Source: Candidatus Poribacteria bacterium (GTDB lineage Bacteria; Poribacteria; WGA-4E; WGA-3G). From it: a stretch of 64,000 nucleotides of DNA. The DNA lies in assembly GCA_965205025.1 (NCBI GenBank), contig CBDBFU010000002.1:256001-320000 (forward strand), read 5' to 3'. Below, in pieces: positions 38,581 through 48,789 of the stretch (the first letter of the stretch is position 1; each line of letters starts with the position of its first letter). The notes below the pieces were generated by a model that ran no database searches, had not been told where the DNA came from, and saw only the letters and a list, made by a program, of their open reading frames with translations. A program made the translations under genes and the position numbers.

Positions 38581-40236
38581 ATGGCAGATAAACGGATCAG
38601 ATACGGTAGTAATACACTTGCTTTTGTAGCAATCGTCATTGGAATTCTTGTCTTAGTAAATTTCTTGTCTTCGCGTCGTTTTTTTCGCGCAGATCTGACT
38701 GAGGATAAACGTTACACTGTATCAAAAGCAACAAAAAATTTGATTAAGTCGTTAGACGATATTGTTACGATAACTGTATACTTCTCAATGGAGCCAGCGG
38801 AAGTTGCCCAAATTCGTCGTGATGTCAAAGATGTACTGGACGAATATAAGGCATTTTCGAAAAAACTACAGATTGATTACATTGATCCTTCTGGATTAGA
38901 TGATGGAGAGAAACAGGAACTCCGATTTAAAGGCGTTAATGAAGTCCAAATCAATGTTCGTGGAAAAGACAAACTTGAAATTGCGAATGTCTTTATGGGA
39001 ATTTCTATCGGTTATAGCGGAAAAGAGGAAGTCCTTCCAGTCGTTCAATCAACAGCAAACTTTGAATATGAACTTACCTCCGCTATCTTAAAAGTCACTA
39101 CTAAAGAAGCGAAAACAATCGGATTTTTGACTGGACACAACGAGTATGATATCAATGCTCAAAACGAAGGAACGCAACAATTTCGGCAACTAATGGATAA
39201 ATCTGGTAAAGGACAATACAACATTACCACTGTTGACCTGCAAGCAGGAGATCCTGTTGACGCTACGGTTACTACATTAGTCATTGCCGGACCGAAACAA
39301 CCTTTATCTGAACGTGAGAAATACGAGATTGATCAATTCATCATGCGTGGGGGTAAAGCGATTTTTCTGATTGATCCGGTGACAATAAATATGCAAACAC
39401 TTCAAGGCACACCTCTACCTACCGGTTTGAATGATCTTCTTGAACATTACGGTGTTAAGCTTGGAAACAATTTGATTGCTGATCTCAGATCTCACGATAA
39501 CGTACAAACTCAACGTGGATTTATGACAGTCATTCAAGACTATCCGTACTTTGTCAAGATCAGAAGCCAGAACTTCTCAAAAGAACATGCTGTGACAAGC
39601 CAATTAGAGGCACTAACTTTACCTTGGACAAGTTCGTTAGAGACAGTAGCAGTAGATGGTGTGAAAGCAACTGCATTGGCAAAAACAACCGAATTTGGAC
39701 AGAGCTTCCAAGGATATTATAACGTTATGCCGGGAACTCAAATTCCTAAAGGAGAACACAAAGTCTTTACAACTGTTGCTTCTTTGGAAGGAAAGTTCAA
39801 GAGTTTTTACGCTGGCAAAGAAATTCCTCCTGTAAGCACACCTACTGATGATGAAACGGAAAACGGAAATGATACAACCCCATCGAACGAAGAAACCGAA
39901 GAACGAACAACTATAAATGAAAGTGCAGATACGCAAATTATAGTTGTGGGGACAGCACAAGTACTCACACAGTTAAGTCGAAATAGTGTTGACTTTTTCT
40001 TAAATAGTATTGATTGGCTAACACAAGGTGATACACTTATAGGTATCCGTTCCCATACTATTACCGACCGTCCGTTAAAAGAGACAACAAATTTGGAGAA
40101 AAACATTATTATGTTTCTGTGTATAGTCGGTATACCTCTGCTTGTAGTCATCATAGGGTTGGTCCGATATCTGCTTAAGGGACGTGTAAAACGAATGGTC
40201 GAAACATACGGTTCTGAAACTTCTCTGTTCAGTTAA
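38581..40236 (+). CDS. GldG-family ABC auxiliary component
   Basis: DLTEDKRYTVS, FLTGHNE, DQFIMRGG, terminal TM helices. Confidence 0.88.
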   Translation: MADKRIRYGSNTLAFVAIVIGILVLVNFLSSRRFFRADLTEDKRYTVSKATKNLIKSLDDIVTITVYFSMEPAEVAQIRRDVKDVLDEYKAFSKKLQIDYIDPSGLDDGEKQELRFKGVNEVQINVRGKDKLEIANVFMGISIGYSGKEEVLPVVQSTANFEYELTSAILKVTTKEAKTIGFLTGHNEYDINAQNEGTQQFRQLMDKSGKGQYNITTVDLQAGDPVDATVTTLVIAGPKQPLSEREKYEIDQFIMRGGKAIFLIDPVTINMQTLQGTPLPTGLNDLLEHYGVKLGNNLIADLRSHDNVQTQRGFMTVIQDYPYFVKIRSQNFSKEHAVTSQLEALTLPWTSSLETVAVDGVKATALAKTTEFGQSFQGYYNVMPGTQIPKGEHKVFTTVASLEGKFKSFYAGKEIPPVSTPTDDETENGNDTTPSNEETEERTTINESADTQIIVVGTAQVLTQLSRNSVDFFLNSIDWLTQGDTLIGIRSHTITDRPLKETTNLEKNIIMFLCIVGIPLLVVIIGLVRYLLKGRVKRMVETYGSETSLFS

Positions 40237-40266
40237 ACATTTACTAATATACATCTGGATGAAACG

Positions 40267-41265
40267 ATGCAAAAGAAACAACTACTGATTTTAGTCGGCA
40301 TTTTTATTGTATTAGCACTCATTGTACTAATTTTTGAGAATCCTTTTGGTAAGAGCGAATATGAAAAGAAGGTTGAAGAGGCAACTGTCCTATTTCCGGA
40401 TTTCAATCGGGAAATGGTTACAAAGGTAGAAATTATCGCTAAGGGTGAGACGACTACCCTTACAAAACAGGGAGAAAGTTGGGTTGTCACGACTATGGAT
40501 GACTATCCCGCAGATAGCGAAAGTATTGATGAATTGTTTACTAAAGTGGGAGAATTCACTAACGCTAACCTTGTTTCCGATAATCCCAAAAACCAGGCAG
40601 AATTTGAAGTAAATAGTTCCGGAGTGGAAGCAAAATTGATGGGTGCAGACGACAAATTGTTAGCACATCTGTTTGTTGGGAAAAACACGCCAGGCTTTTT
40701 GAGCAGTTATGTAAGGGTGGCTGATTCAAATAATGTATATGTTGGACAAGGTTACCTCCAATCTGTTTTTGACAAAGGAACGAGAACTTGGAAAGACCGA
40801 ACTATTTTCGATTTTAACAAAGGGATTGTCACCCAGGTTGATATTACATCCGCTGAGGAAACTGTTGAACTACGGTTAGATGCAGAAAACAAATGGCAAA
40901 TGCTTCAACCGACAGCGTCTGATGTAAAACAAACTGAAATGGATAATCTGCTTACGACCTTTAGCCAATTGACGACTGACGATTTTGCTGAGGAAAAAGA
41001 ACTTTCTGAATATGGATTAGATGCTCCTATATCCTCTATTTCTGCCAGTCTAAACGATGGGAGAACTGCGACACTAATTGTTGGGAAAGAGGAAGGTGGC
41101 AAACATTACGTAAAAAGTAATGATAAAGAGACGATTTTCATGCTGTTCAAATCAAATGTTGATAGATTAATAAAGAAGTCTGAAACCCTTAAAGAAGTGG
41201 TTACACCTCCGGAGACTGAGGAAACAACTCCATCAGAGGCGGTTGATGTCACTCCTACGGAGTAA
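40267..41265 (+). CDS. DUF4340-like protein
   Basis: N-terminal TM and duplicated YPAD/EYGLDAP-type domain; usual partner of GldG. Confidence 0.75.
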   Translation: MQKKQLLILVGIFIVLALIVLIFENPFGKSEYEKKVEEATVLFPDFNREMVTKVEIIAKGETTTLTKQGESWVVTTMDDYPADSESIDELFTKVGEFTNANLVSDNPKNQAEFEVNSSGVEAKLMGADDKLLAHLFVGKNTPGFLSSYVRVADSNNVYVGQGYLQSVFDKGTRTWKDRTIFDFNKGIVTQVDITSAEETVELRLDAENKWQMLQPTASDVKQTEMDNLLTTFSQLTTDDFAEEKELSEYGLDAPISSISASLNDGRTATLIVGKEEGGKHYVKSNDKETIFMLFKSNVDRLIKKSETLKEVVTPPETEETTPSEAVDVTPTE

Positions 41266-41302
41266 TTATAGTAATAGATCTTTGAAATCTATAGGAGGAA
41301 TA

Positions 41303-42049
41303 ATGACGAGGAAGAATTATTGGTTATTACTCATCGCAGTATTGGTAGTAATCCCTACACTCACTGCCTGTGATTCACGTTTAGCAACCGAATTGTTAAC
41401 ACCCCCAACAAGTGGTAGAACTATCCATGTAAATGGTAGCGGTTCTGTAACTGGAGAACCGGATATCGCATCTCTGAATTTAGGTGTATCTGTTGAAAAG
41501 GAAACTGTTGCGGAGGCACGAGAAGAAGCTGCGAGTTCCATGACTGCTTTAATAGAAACGTTGAAGGCTAATAACATCGACGAAAAGGATATTAGTACTG
41601 AAAATTTCAGTATCTATCCCCAGTATGATTGGACTGAAGAAGGACGCATACTAAAAGGATATAGAGTCAACAACACTGTTAGAGCAAAGGTGCGGGATTT
41701 AGACTCTCTTAGCGATGTAATAGATGATGCAACGGAAGCTGGAGGGGATTATATAGTCCTTAATTCCATTCAATTTATGATTGAAGATACCACCGATTAC
41801 CAACATCAAGCACGGACATTAGCGGTAAAAGATGCTGAAGCGAAAGCACAAACTTTGGCTGAAGCAAGTGGTGTTACACTTGGAAAACCGGTAACTATAT
41901 CTGAAAACACCTACTACGAAAGTCCACCTATTCCGTATGCAGCAGTAGCTGAATCGGCTGCAGACGATAGTGCAAGGAGTTCTACTCCGATTGTTCCTGG
42001 GGAACAGACTATTACTGTGAATGTCACTATTGTGTATGAAATAGAGTAG
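41303..42049 (+). CDS. SIMPL (DUF541) domain protein, probable lipoprotein
   Basis: AGGAGG RBS then MTRKNY, lipobox-like LTAC, IHVNGSGSVTGEPDIA, AKAQTLAEASGVTLG. Confidence 0.88.
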   Translation: MTRKNYWLLLIAVLVVIPTLTACDSRLATELLTPPTSGRTIHVNGSGSVTGEPDIASLNLGVSVEKETVAEAREEAASSMTALIETLKANNIDEKDISTENFSIYPQYDWTEEGRILKGYRVNNTVRAKVRDLDSLSDVIDDATEAGGDYIVLNSIQFMIEDTTDYQHQARTLAVKDAEAKAQTLAEASGVTLGKPVTISENTYYESPPIPYAAVAESAADDSARSSTPIVPGEQTITVNVTIVYEIE

Positions 42050-42067
42050 TGTTTGATAACTTTCCTG

Positions 42068-42099
42068 AAAAGGACATAGGATTCATCCTATGGCCTTTT
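42068..42099. terminator. Bidirectional terminator between convergent genes
   Basis: AAAAGGACATAGGAT-TC-ATCCTATGGCCTTTT. Confidence 0.7.
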
Positions 42100-43164
42100 T
42101 TATTTAATCACAGGAACTTTTCGCCATCCCTGTCCTTCAGTAAATTCTCTTACGCTTAGACACCAGACGACAACCCGTTTTCCTTTCATATTATCTTGTC
42201 TTCGAAATAGATTCAAACGTGATGGTGTTGCCCCTGAACCACGTACTGCGACCACATCCACGGGAAATCCAAATTGATACGCAAGATGGTCGGGTAGTCC
42301 TGCCCCTTGTGCATGCATACCACTTCCGGCATGGAAAACAAGATTATGGCTATCCCCTAATAATACAACCGGACTTTCCCGCCACGATTTGCCAAACGGT
42401 TGCATTGAAGTGGTTGCTTCTCCATCAATCCTAACAAAGGTGAGTTGTAATTGTTCTTTGGGTTGGTCCGTATTCCCAAGTTCTCTCCAAAGGTCTCCCG
42501 TTATTTCAACGTTACGGGTTTCAAGTAATGCCTTCCGTTTTGGAATCTCATCCATCCACGAGGGGGTACCGATATGTGTTGCTATAGCCTTCGCTGCCAA
42601 CACACAGGCTTCACCAGACCAATGCGTATCTTGTTTGCAGTACAACGGGTTTGAGTTTGTATTTCGATATTCTAAGAAAAGATCGGTTAGGTCTAAGACG
42701 TTCACCCCCTGTATTCGTAAGATCTCATAGAATTTCTGGAGTTGTTTATCTGTACGTTTTGTCGTTGTATGTTCCGAGATCATCTCCGGATAGATTGTGG
42801 CTTTTGCAGGTATAGGAACGAAAATCAACTCAATTCCAGCAGTGTCCAGTTGTTTCTTGAAATCTAAGATTGCAGGAAGTGGGTCTGCATACTCTGGATT
42901 GGATGCTCTACTTACCTTCATTGCTGCGTCACCCCAAAAATCACCAACGCTGATGCTTCGCAGCTCAGAAACAAAGAACAACCATCCATCTTTTGCAGAT
43001 ACCACAGATGTTTTTTGCGTCTCTGCTTGCCTAACTTTTTCTGCTAAGGATTGAATGAAAATATTTTCTGCTACACCCGTAGGTGTATTATACAAGCATA
43101 AACCAACAGTAAGTATTAGGGAAAGCAAACATAAAGGTATATTTCTTCTGTGAGTGTATATCAC
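42100..43164 (-). CDS. AlgX/AlgJ-type SGNH-like O-acetyltransferase
   Basis: KDGWLFF, DTHWS, LLGDSH. GTG start overlaps the upstream TGA. Confidence 0.85.
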   Translation of the reverse strand: MIYTHRRNIPLCLLSLILTVGLCLYNTPTGVAENIFIQSLAEKVRQAETQKTSVVSAKDGWLFFVSELRSISVGDFWGDAAMKVSRASNPEYADPLPAILDFKKQLDTAGIELIFVPIPAKATIYPEMISEHTTTKRTDKQLQKFYEILRIQGVNVLDLTDLFLEYRNTNSNPLYCKQDTHWSGEACVLAAKAIATHIGTPSWMDEIPKRKALLETRNVEITGDLWRELGNTDQPKEQLQLTFVRIDGEATTSMQPFGKSWRESPVVLLGDSHNLVFHAGSGMHAQGAGLPDHLAYQFGFPVDVVAVRGSGATPSRLNLFRRQDNMKGKRVVVWCLSVREFTEGQGWRKVPVIK

Positions 43165-44720
43165 TGTATCTCTCCCCAATAGATATCTAATAACCATGTC
43201 TCCTCATTATCTAATTCTATACGATTGTAGCTGCCATAATCTGCTTCTACCGAATTCCACGATTGTAGATTTAGCTTTATATTCTGTCCAACCTTATATT
43301 TCGTGGCTTCCGTCCATTTGTTTTCACGCATACCCCACATGAATACGACTATTTCATCGGGTAGGTCTGGAGTCTTTATATTCCCAAGATGAAACGCTAT
43401 GATGCATTCTGTATATGGTACACTCCCTGGAATCGGTGGTTCAGTCTTGTCTATTACGGATGCGGTTATAGTAATACCCGTTGTTGATTGTACTGGACTT
43501 TCACTGTTATCTGCTGAAGTAGGTTGTACCTTTGGTACAGATAGAATCTTCCAGTCTCCAGAATACAACTCTCTCGCTGCGAACTGATAAATAAGAACAC
43601 GTTTACCATTAATCCGTTCAGGTTGCTTTATTAACGCTTGTCGGGTTGCAAGGGCACCACCTGCATTATTAACAATTTTATCAATTGACCGTGAGAGTTG
43701 TGCACTGAGATGCTCTACGAATCCTGCTGATTCTCCCCATCCCATTCCTGAAAGGGAGTATATATTACTGAAGCTATCTCCGAGAAATAGTATTTCTGCT
43801 TTACGGTTTGGTTGCCAAAGTTCTCCAGTATAATCCTTGATAATATGAGATGTTATACGTTCTGATGGAAGTATATTTTGGAGTTCTGGTAGCTTCAGCA
43901 TTTTGGCTATATCACCAATGTTTTCGATTTCAACTATCGCTTTGGTGTAAGTAGTGTTTGGGTCATTAACAAATTCTATCCGTTCATTAATGAATAAGGC
44001 AAGATCTTTTGCAACCCGTTCCATCGCTTCAGGTTTCCAATGTGTATCCGTTCTTAGATACTGTGGATTCTCCTTTTTAGCCTCATAAAGCAGCGAAGAT
44101 GGATCATAGACAATTACCCCTTGTGATATAAGTGTTTCAATAAGTTCTGTGTAAAACGGATTGTGTATAGGGGTTTTTACCTCTTTATATCGTCGGGAAA
44201 ATCGTTCGGGATGAATCGTTGGTTTTACGGGTATTGGTACAACGATTAGTGTTATATTCTGTACTTCTAATTGCTGTTTTAAATCGAGAAGTGTTTTTAG
44301 AGCATCGTTGTATTTACTATGATCCGAATTATCATTGATACCAATTACAGCGTCTATATCGGCACGATAAAACAACCAACCTTCTTTACCAATATAGGCT
44401 TGTTCATTACCCATGTTGAATAGACTTGTGAAAGTTGTCTGGACAATTGGCAGGAACAAATTGGAGAGTATTGCCTTTTCCTCTAATGTATGCTCAAATT
44501 TCTCAAATGCTTCACGTCGTGGATTCGACACTAATTCACCGACTTGGAATACCTGTGGAAACTTGTGCTTCAGTATTTCAGATGTAAACTGACAGATCGG
44601 TACAGATAGCAGTATGATACAGAAGATAACAAGGTTTACTATACACACATTCTGTTTTATATGTGTACTTTCAAGATCTTTTTTGGCTGTATTTCGACGA
44701 TGTTCGGCTAAGTTTCGCAT
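43161..44720 (-). CDS. AlgJ-type O-acetyltransferase with extra C-terminal domain
   Basis: N-terminal TM, GKEGWLFY, RTDTHW, FLGDSFS. Confidence 0.85.
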   Translation of the reverse strand: MRNLAEHRRNTAKKDLESTHIKQNVCIVNLVIFCIILLSVPICQFTSEILKHKFPQVFQVGELVSNPRREAFEKFEHTLEEKAILSNLFLPIVQTTFTSLFNMGNEQAYIGKEGWLFYRADIDAVIGINDNSDHSKYNDALKTLLDLKQQLEVQNITLIVVPIPVKPTIHPERFSRRYKEVKTPIHNPFYTELIETLISQGVIVYDPSSLLYEAKKENPQYLRTDTHWKPEAMERVAKDLALFINERIEFVNDPNTTYTKAIVEIENIGDIAKMLKLPELQNILPSERITSHIIKDYTGELWQPNRKAEILFLGDSFSNIYSLSGMGWGESAGFVEHLSAQLSRSIDKIVNNAGGALATRQALIKQPERINGKRVLIYQFAARELYSGDWKILSVPKVQPTSADNSESPVQSTTGITITASVIDKTEPPIPGSVPYTECIIAFHLGNIKTPDLPDEIVVFMWGMRENKWTEATKYKVGQNIKLNLQSWNSVEADYGSYNRIELDNEETWLLDIYWGEIQ

Positions 44721-44722
44721 AA

Positions 44723-46126
44723 TTAGAATATAAAATAGATAAACGGATTATAGGTTTGTGTTGACATAACAGCAAGGGAGAGAAAGAAAAGTAATAGACA
44801 TATACCCATTCTAATTGGTGTGAGTCGTTGTGTCCACTCCCAAGTCTGCGGACAACTCCAAATAATAATTCCTGCGACACACATCGTCAAAAGATAGTAA
44901 GGTTGATACAGTATACCTGCAATTAGATCGGTTGATTCTGGTACATTCACACTGCTAAACATAGAACGTAGATGTGTGATAGCATGAGGTAAATTGCTTG
45001 CTCGGAAGAAAACCCATGTGATAAGTATAAGTAGAAAGGTTGCTACAACACGTAGGAGTTTCGGTAAGGATGAATAGTAGGTTGTCTTTCCACGATTCCG
45101 TTCAAGCGCAAGCATACCGCCATGAATTGCTCCCCATATCACGAAGTTCCACGATGCCCCGTGCCATAAACCACCCAGCAGCATGACAAGTGCTAAATTA
45201 ATATAGGTACGGGATTGACCACGACGATTTCCACCGAGTGGGATGTATAAGTAGTCTCGCAACCAACTGGAGAGTGATATATGCCATGTACGCCAAAAAT
45301 CGGTTACTGATTCAGATTTATATGGAGCATCGAAGTTTTTGGGAAAGGTAAATCCGAGCATGAGTCCTAAGCCTATAGCCATATCGGAATAACCGCTAAA
45401 ATCGAAGTATATTTGAAATGCGTAAGCAAGGGTGCCATACCATGCATCAAGTGTGTTGACTATTCCCGCGTCAAAAACTGTGTCAGCACATTTACCGCAG
45501 GGGTTTGCGAGGAGAATCTTCTTTGCCATACCCATTGCGAAAAATGCAATACCACGTGCGAATTTCTGGAGTGTATGCGTACGATGTCTTAGCTGATCGT
45601 CTATTTCTGAAAAACGTATTATTGGTCCGGCAACGAGTTGCGGGAACATGGATACATAACAAGCAAAATCTATAAAATTGTGTATTGCTTTTCCATCACC
45701 ACGGTACACATCAATTGTATAACTCATCGATTGGAATGTATAGAAACTTATGCCGAGAGGCAGTGCAACTTGCAGGACACTTTCCCATATAGGCAGACCT
45801 AACCAATCAAGCAGAACATTGAAATTTGAGATGCCGAAATTGAAGTATTTGAAGAAACCTAAGAGAGATAGATTCGAACAGATGGAAACCGTCAAGGCAA
45901 GTTTGCGATTACGGTTATATTCGCTACCTGAAATGATCCGACCACAAGTATAATCAATCAGTGTTGAGGCAAACATGAGTAGCACAAATGGTGGATGTGC
46001 CCAACCATAAAACAGATAACTGAGGAACGTCAAGCCAAGATGTTTGGCTTTGCGGGGAAGTAGATAGTAAACAAGTAGTGCAAAGGGTAGGAAATAGTAG
46101 ACGAATATATGCGAACTGAATACCAT
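44723..46126 (-). CDS. MBOAT O-acyltransferase (AlgI/PatA-like)
   Basis: LPLGISFYTFQ, FPQLVAGPI, DFSGYSDMAIG, GLWHGA, FIYFIF. Confidence 0.93.
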   Translation of the reverse strand: MVFSSHIFVYYFLPFALLVYYLLPRKAKHLGLTFLSYLFYGWAHPPFVLLMFASTLIDYTCGRIISGSEYNRNRKLALTVSICSNLSLLGFFKYFNFGISNFNVLLDWLGLPIWESVLQVALPLGISFYTFQSMSYTIDVYRGDGKAIHNFIDFACYVSMFPQLVAGPIIRFSEIDDQLRHRTHTLQKFARGIAFFAMGMAKKILLANPCGKCADTVFDAGIVNTLDAWYGTLAYAFQIYFDFSGYSDMAIGLGLMLGFTFPKNFDAPYKSESVTDFWRTWHISLSSWLRDYLYIPLGGNRRGQSRTYINLALVMLLGGLWHGASWNFVIWGAIHGGMLALERNRGKTTYYSSLPKLLRVVATFLLILITWVFFRASNLPHAITHLRSMFSSVNVPESTDLIAGILYQPYYLLTMCVAGIIIWSCPQTWEWTQRLTPIRMGICLLLFFLSLAVMSTQTYNPFIYFIF

Positions 46127-46221
46127 TTAATTTGCAGATTTATGTAATGACAGAGGGGTATATGATGTTGGTCTGGTATTGATCGTTACCAGTAAGAGTT
46201 AAGACTTGGTGTTCCTCGTTG

Positions 46222-47913
46222 TTATTTAGAATGACGTTTTCTGACTTCTTCGAGTTTAAGGGTTAATTTTGTAGCACCTTGTGCATTCAGGTGATCAAGA
46301 TCTTTGAACATTTCTGGAGTGAAATCGTGATATCCACCTTGAAGCAGATCAACAAAAACAAAGTCCGGTAATGTTCTCTGAAGTCGTTTTAATCGGTCAA
46401 CCAGTTCACGATAACCTTCTTGTGTTGTTCCATCATCATCTACAAGGCGTTCTCCTTGTATTATTGGATGTATAGGGGAGAAATAAATTAACACCTTCAC
46501 ACCTTGTTCGTTTAATGAGGAAATCATTGATGTTAGGTTCATCCATCTTTCTTCAGAGATTTCCCAATCCCTGTCAGAATTTATCTTTTTTGGGTCTTGC
46601 CAAATCTCGTTCTTATATTCCCATCCCCATGGACGTTCAGACCAGTATGCCGACACATAGGGTATTGAAGAAATATCGTCAATCGTCTTTTTCTCGTTTG
46701 GGTTATCGGAACGATCCCAAAGTGTTTGCTCGTGTTTCTGATCAAATTTGAAACCGTCGCTTCTTCTCAATCTCTTCTCGGATGCTTTTTTGAAATGTCT
46801 GTTAACAACTCTCGGTGACATCTGATAAACCAACCACTCCAAGTTAGGAAGTTTCATCAAATATTCCTCAACAATAAGTCTCTGTACCTCTAAAGATCCT
46901 CCAGAAATTGCCAGGTTGTATGCCACTGGTATCCTAAGGTTTTCATCACCGTAAAAGAGTTCGGTTTTAACACCACATTCACACCGGGAATCGCCTAATG
47001 CGACAAGTTTCAATTGGTTTTTCAATTGCCAAAAGACAGGCATCTTTTCGGACAAAATAGAATCGTAGTCAAATCGGTCATCCAAAGTTTCATCTTCAAG
47101 TATCTTTTGTCCAACATCGTGGTAGAGTGGTATATCTGGATCTAATTCCAGCGTATCACTCGTATATATGCTCTCAAGCTCTTTGAACTGTTTGTATGGA
47201 TAGAGTTTCAGTCTCTGCGAATCGCCTATTTCGAGTTTACCAATTGACTGTGGTTGATTGTCATAGATAGCCCAATGTGCTACTCTTAGTTTTTTACCCT
47301 TGAATTCACCATCAAGTCGCTTATCAAGTTTATATTCGTAGAAGACAAGTGCTTCCCGATACGGTGATATATCCTCAAGCGTAGGTATTTTCGATTTTGC
47401 GGTTAGTTCTACCCTAAGTTCAATTGGATCACTCTTATCTATATCTAAGAGTGTTCCGTCTGGTGCAATTTCAAGGTCAATATCTATCCCCATTTCATCT
47501 GCTTCGACTTCGTAATACAGACCTTTTCCAAGTTCTGTTTTGCGATCAACATCCTTAATTCTTAACATACCAACTTGTCGGTAGACTGTATCTTGTACAG
47601 GTATTGGCAATTCTAAGAAGGATATATTTTCTGTTATGTCTTTTTCTATAAACGTGCCATCTGGTGTGATCTGCAGTTCGAATCTAATTCTATCGTCTTC
47701 AGCTTCTACGTCATAATATATCTCGTCATCGTCCTTTTCTCTATCAACATCGTCAATGGGTACATCTCCGATGACACGTAGTGCTATCTCTTGAATAGAT
47801 TTTGGCAGTTCGTCAAATTCAATGTCTTTGGAGAATCCGTTTGGGGTAAGTAGCAAGTGGGTAATTGTAAAAAGCAGTAGTAGCGTCAAGGTGTTGTTTT
47901 GTGTTTTGTTCAT
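46222..47913 (-). CDS. Secreted protein with two PepSY/BLIP-like repeats and an SGNH/DltD-like domain
   Basis: Signal peptide, repeated LPxxxQ...YxVEA...IxPDGT, ALGDSR and DLDHLN motifs. Confidence 0.7.
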   Translation of the reverse strand: MNKTQNNTLTLLLLFTITHLLLTPNGFSKDIEFDELPKSIQEIALRVIGDVPIDDVDREKDDDEIYYDVEAEDDRIRFELQITPDGTFIEKDITENISFLELPIPVQDTVYRQVGMLRIKDVDRKTELGKGLYYEVEADEMGIDIDLEIAPDGTLLDIDKSDPIELRVELTAKSKIPTLEDISPYREALVFYEYKLDKRLDGEFKGKKLRVAHWAIYDNQPQSIGKLEIGDSQRLKLYPYKQFKELESIYTSDTLELDPDIPLYHDVGQKILEDETLDDRFDYDSILSEKMPVFWQLKNQLKLVALGDSRCECGVKTELFYGDENLRIPVAYNLAISGGSLEVQRLIVEEYLMKLPNLEWLVYQMSPRVVNRHFKKASEKRLRRSDGFKFDQKHEQTLWDRSDNPNEKKTIDDISSIPYVSAYWSERPWGWEYKNEIWQDPKKINSDRDWEISEERWMNLTSMISSLNEQGVKVLIYFSPIHPIIQGERLVDDDGTTQEGYRELVDRLKRLQRTLPDFVFVDLLQGGYHDFTPEMFKDLDHLNAQGATKLTLKLEEVRKRHSK

Positions 47914-47931
47914 AGTTGGATCTTGTGTAGA

Positions 47932-48789
47932 TTAAACTAAGTTTGGTAAGTTCAGTTGAAAGATGAGAAATTCTCCGTTAAAGAGATGTTGGAGTTTAAA
48001 TATCTCCATTTGATCAAACAATTCTGAGCAATTCATTTCTTCAAAAGCAATTCTCATTTTATTTTGTTCTCGATTTTTCTCTATTTCATCATGACAAGGT
48101 ACGGCAAAGTTTAATGTGTTGTGTCCTATCTGAGCATACTCATTTTGATTAAGTATGTTTGCCCCCGCCTTAACTTCGGTCATAATCCGAAAACGTAATC
48201 TTACTGAGGCATCGTCAACATTTCTTGTTCGACTAAAAGTATGCTGTTCACTGAAAATTCTTAACAATTTCTGTCTCATTGAACCTGATAATGATTCTCC
48301 AATTTCATTTAAACGTTCCTCTAATGCCTGACCGAATGATTCCGAAATCAAAGTTTCAACAGGCACAGTTTCAAAAAACTTCCCATGTGTCAAGCATACT
48401 TTTATATTTGACTGTTTTCTACCCCGAATCAAATAGAAAACTTGACGGATTGGTACAGAAAGTATGTTGTCACCTGATTCTTCCATTTGCGTTCGGATAG
48501 TATTTTCTTGACCTTCTATTAGTATTTCTATTTCTTTTTCACCCGTTGGAATAGTTGAATTAAACGAAGAAACGGAATAACTTTTGCTGTCTTTGAGTTC
48601 AATCAATTCCCCGCCAGTAAACTGAAGGTCGTTCTTATTGAGTCTAACAGCTAAATCAGGAAATTTACCCTTGTTAATACAAGAAAGCATTTGTTCATCA
48701 AATGGGAAATTTTCCAGTTTATTTTCACCAAGGAATTCCGATTTCTTTAAACACAAATGAACAAAGAAGTGGTAAATTGAGAACGCCAT
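47932..48789 (-). CDS. Putative type II restriction endonuclease
   Basis: FPDL...IELKD matches the PD-(D/E)xK pattern. Starts immediately after the methyltransferase stop. Confidence 0.6.
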   Translation of the reverse strand: MAFSIYHFFVHLCLKKSEFLGENKLENFPFDEQMLSCINKGKFPDLAVRLNKNDLQFTGGELIELKDSKSYSVSSFNSTIPTGEKEIEILIEGQENTIRTQMEESGDNILSVPIRQVFYLIRGRKQSNIKVCLTHGKFFETVPVETLISESFGQALEERLNEIGESLSGSMRQKLLRIFSEQHTFSRTRNVDDASVRLRFRIMTEVKAGANILNQNEYAQIGHNTLNFAVPCHDEIEKNREQNKMRIAFEEMNCSELFDQMEIFKLQHLFNGEFLIFQLNLPNLV

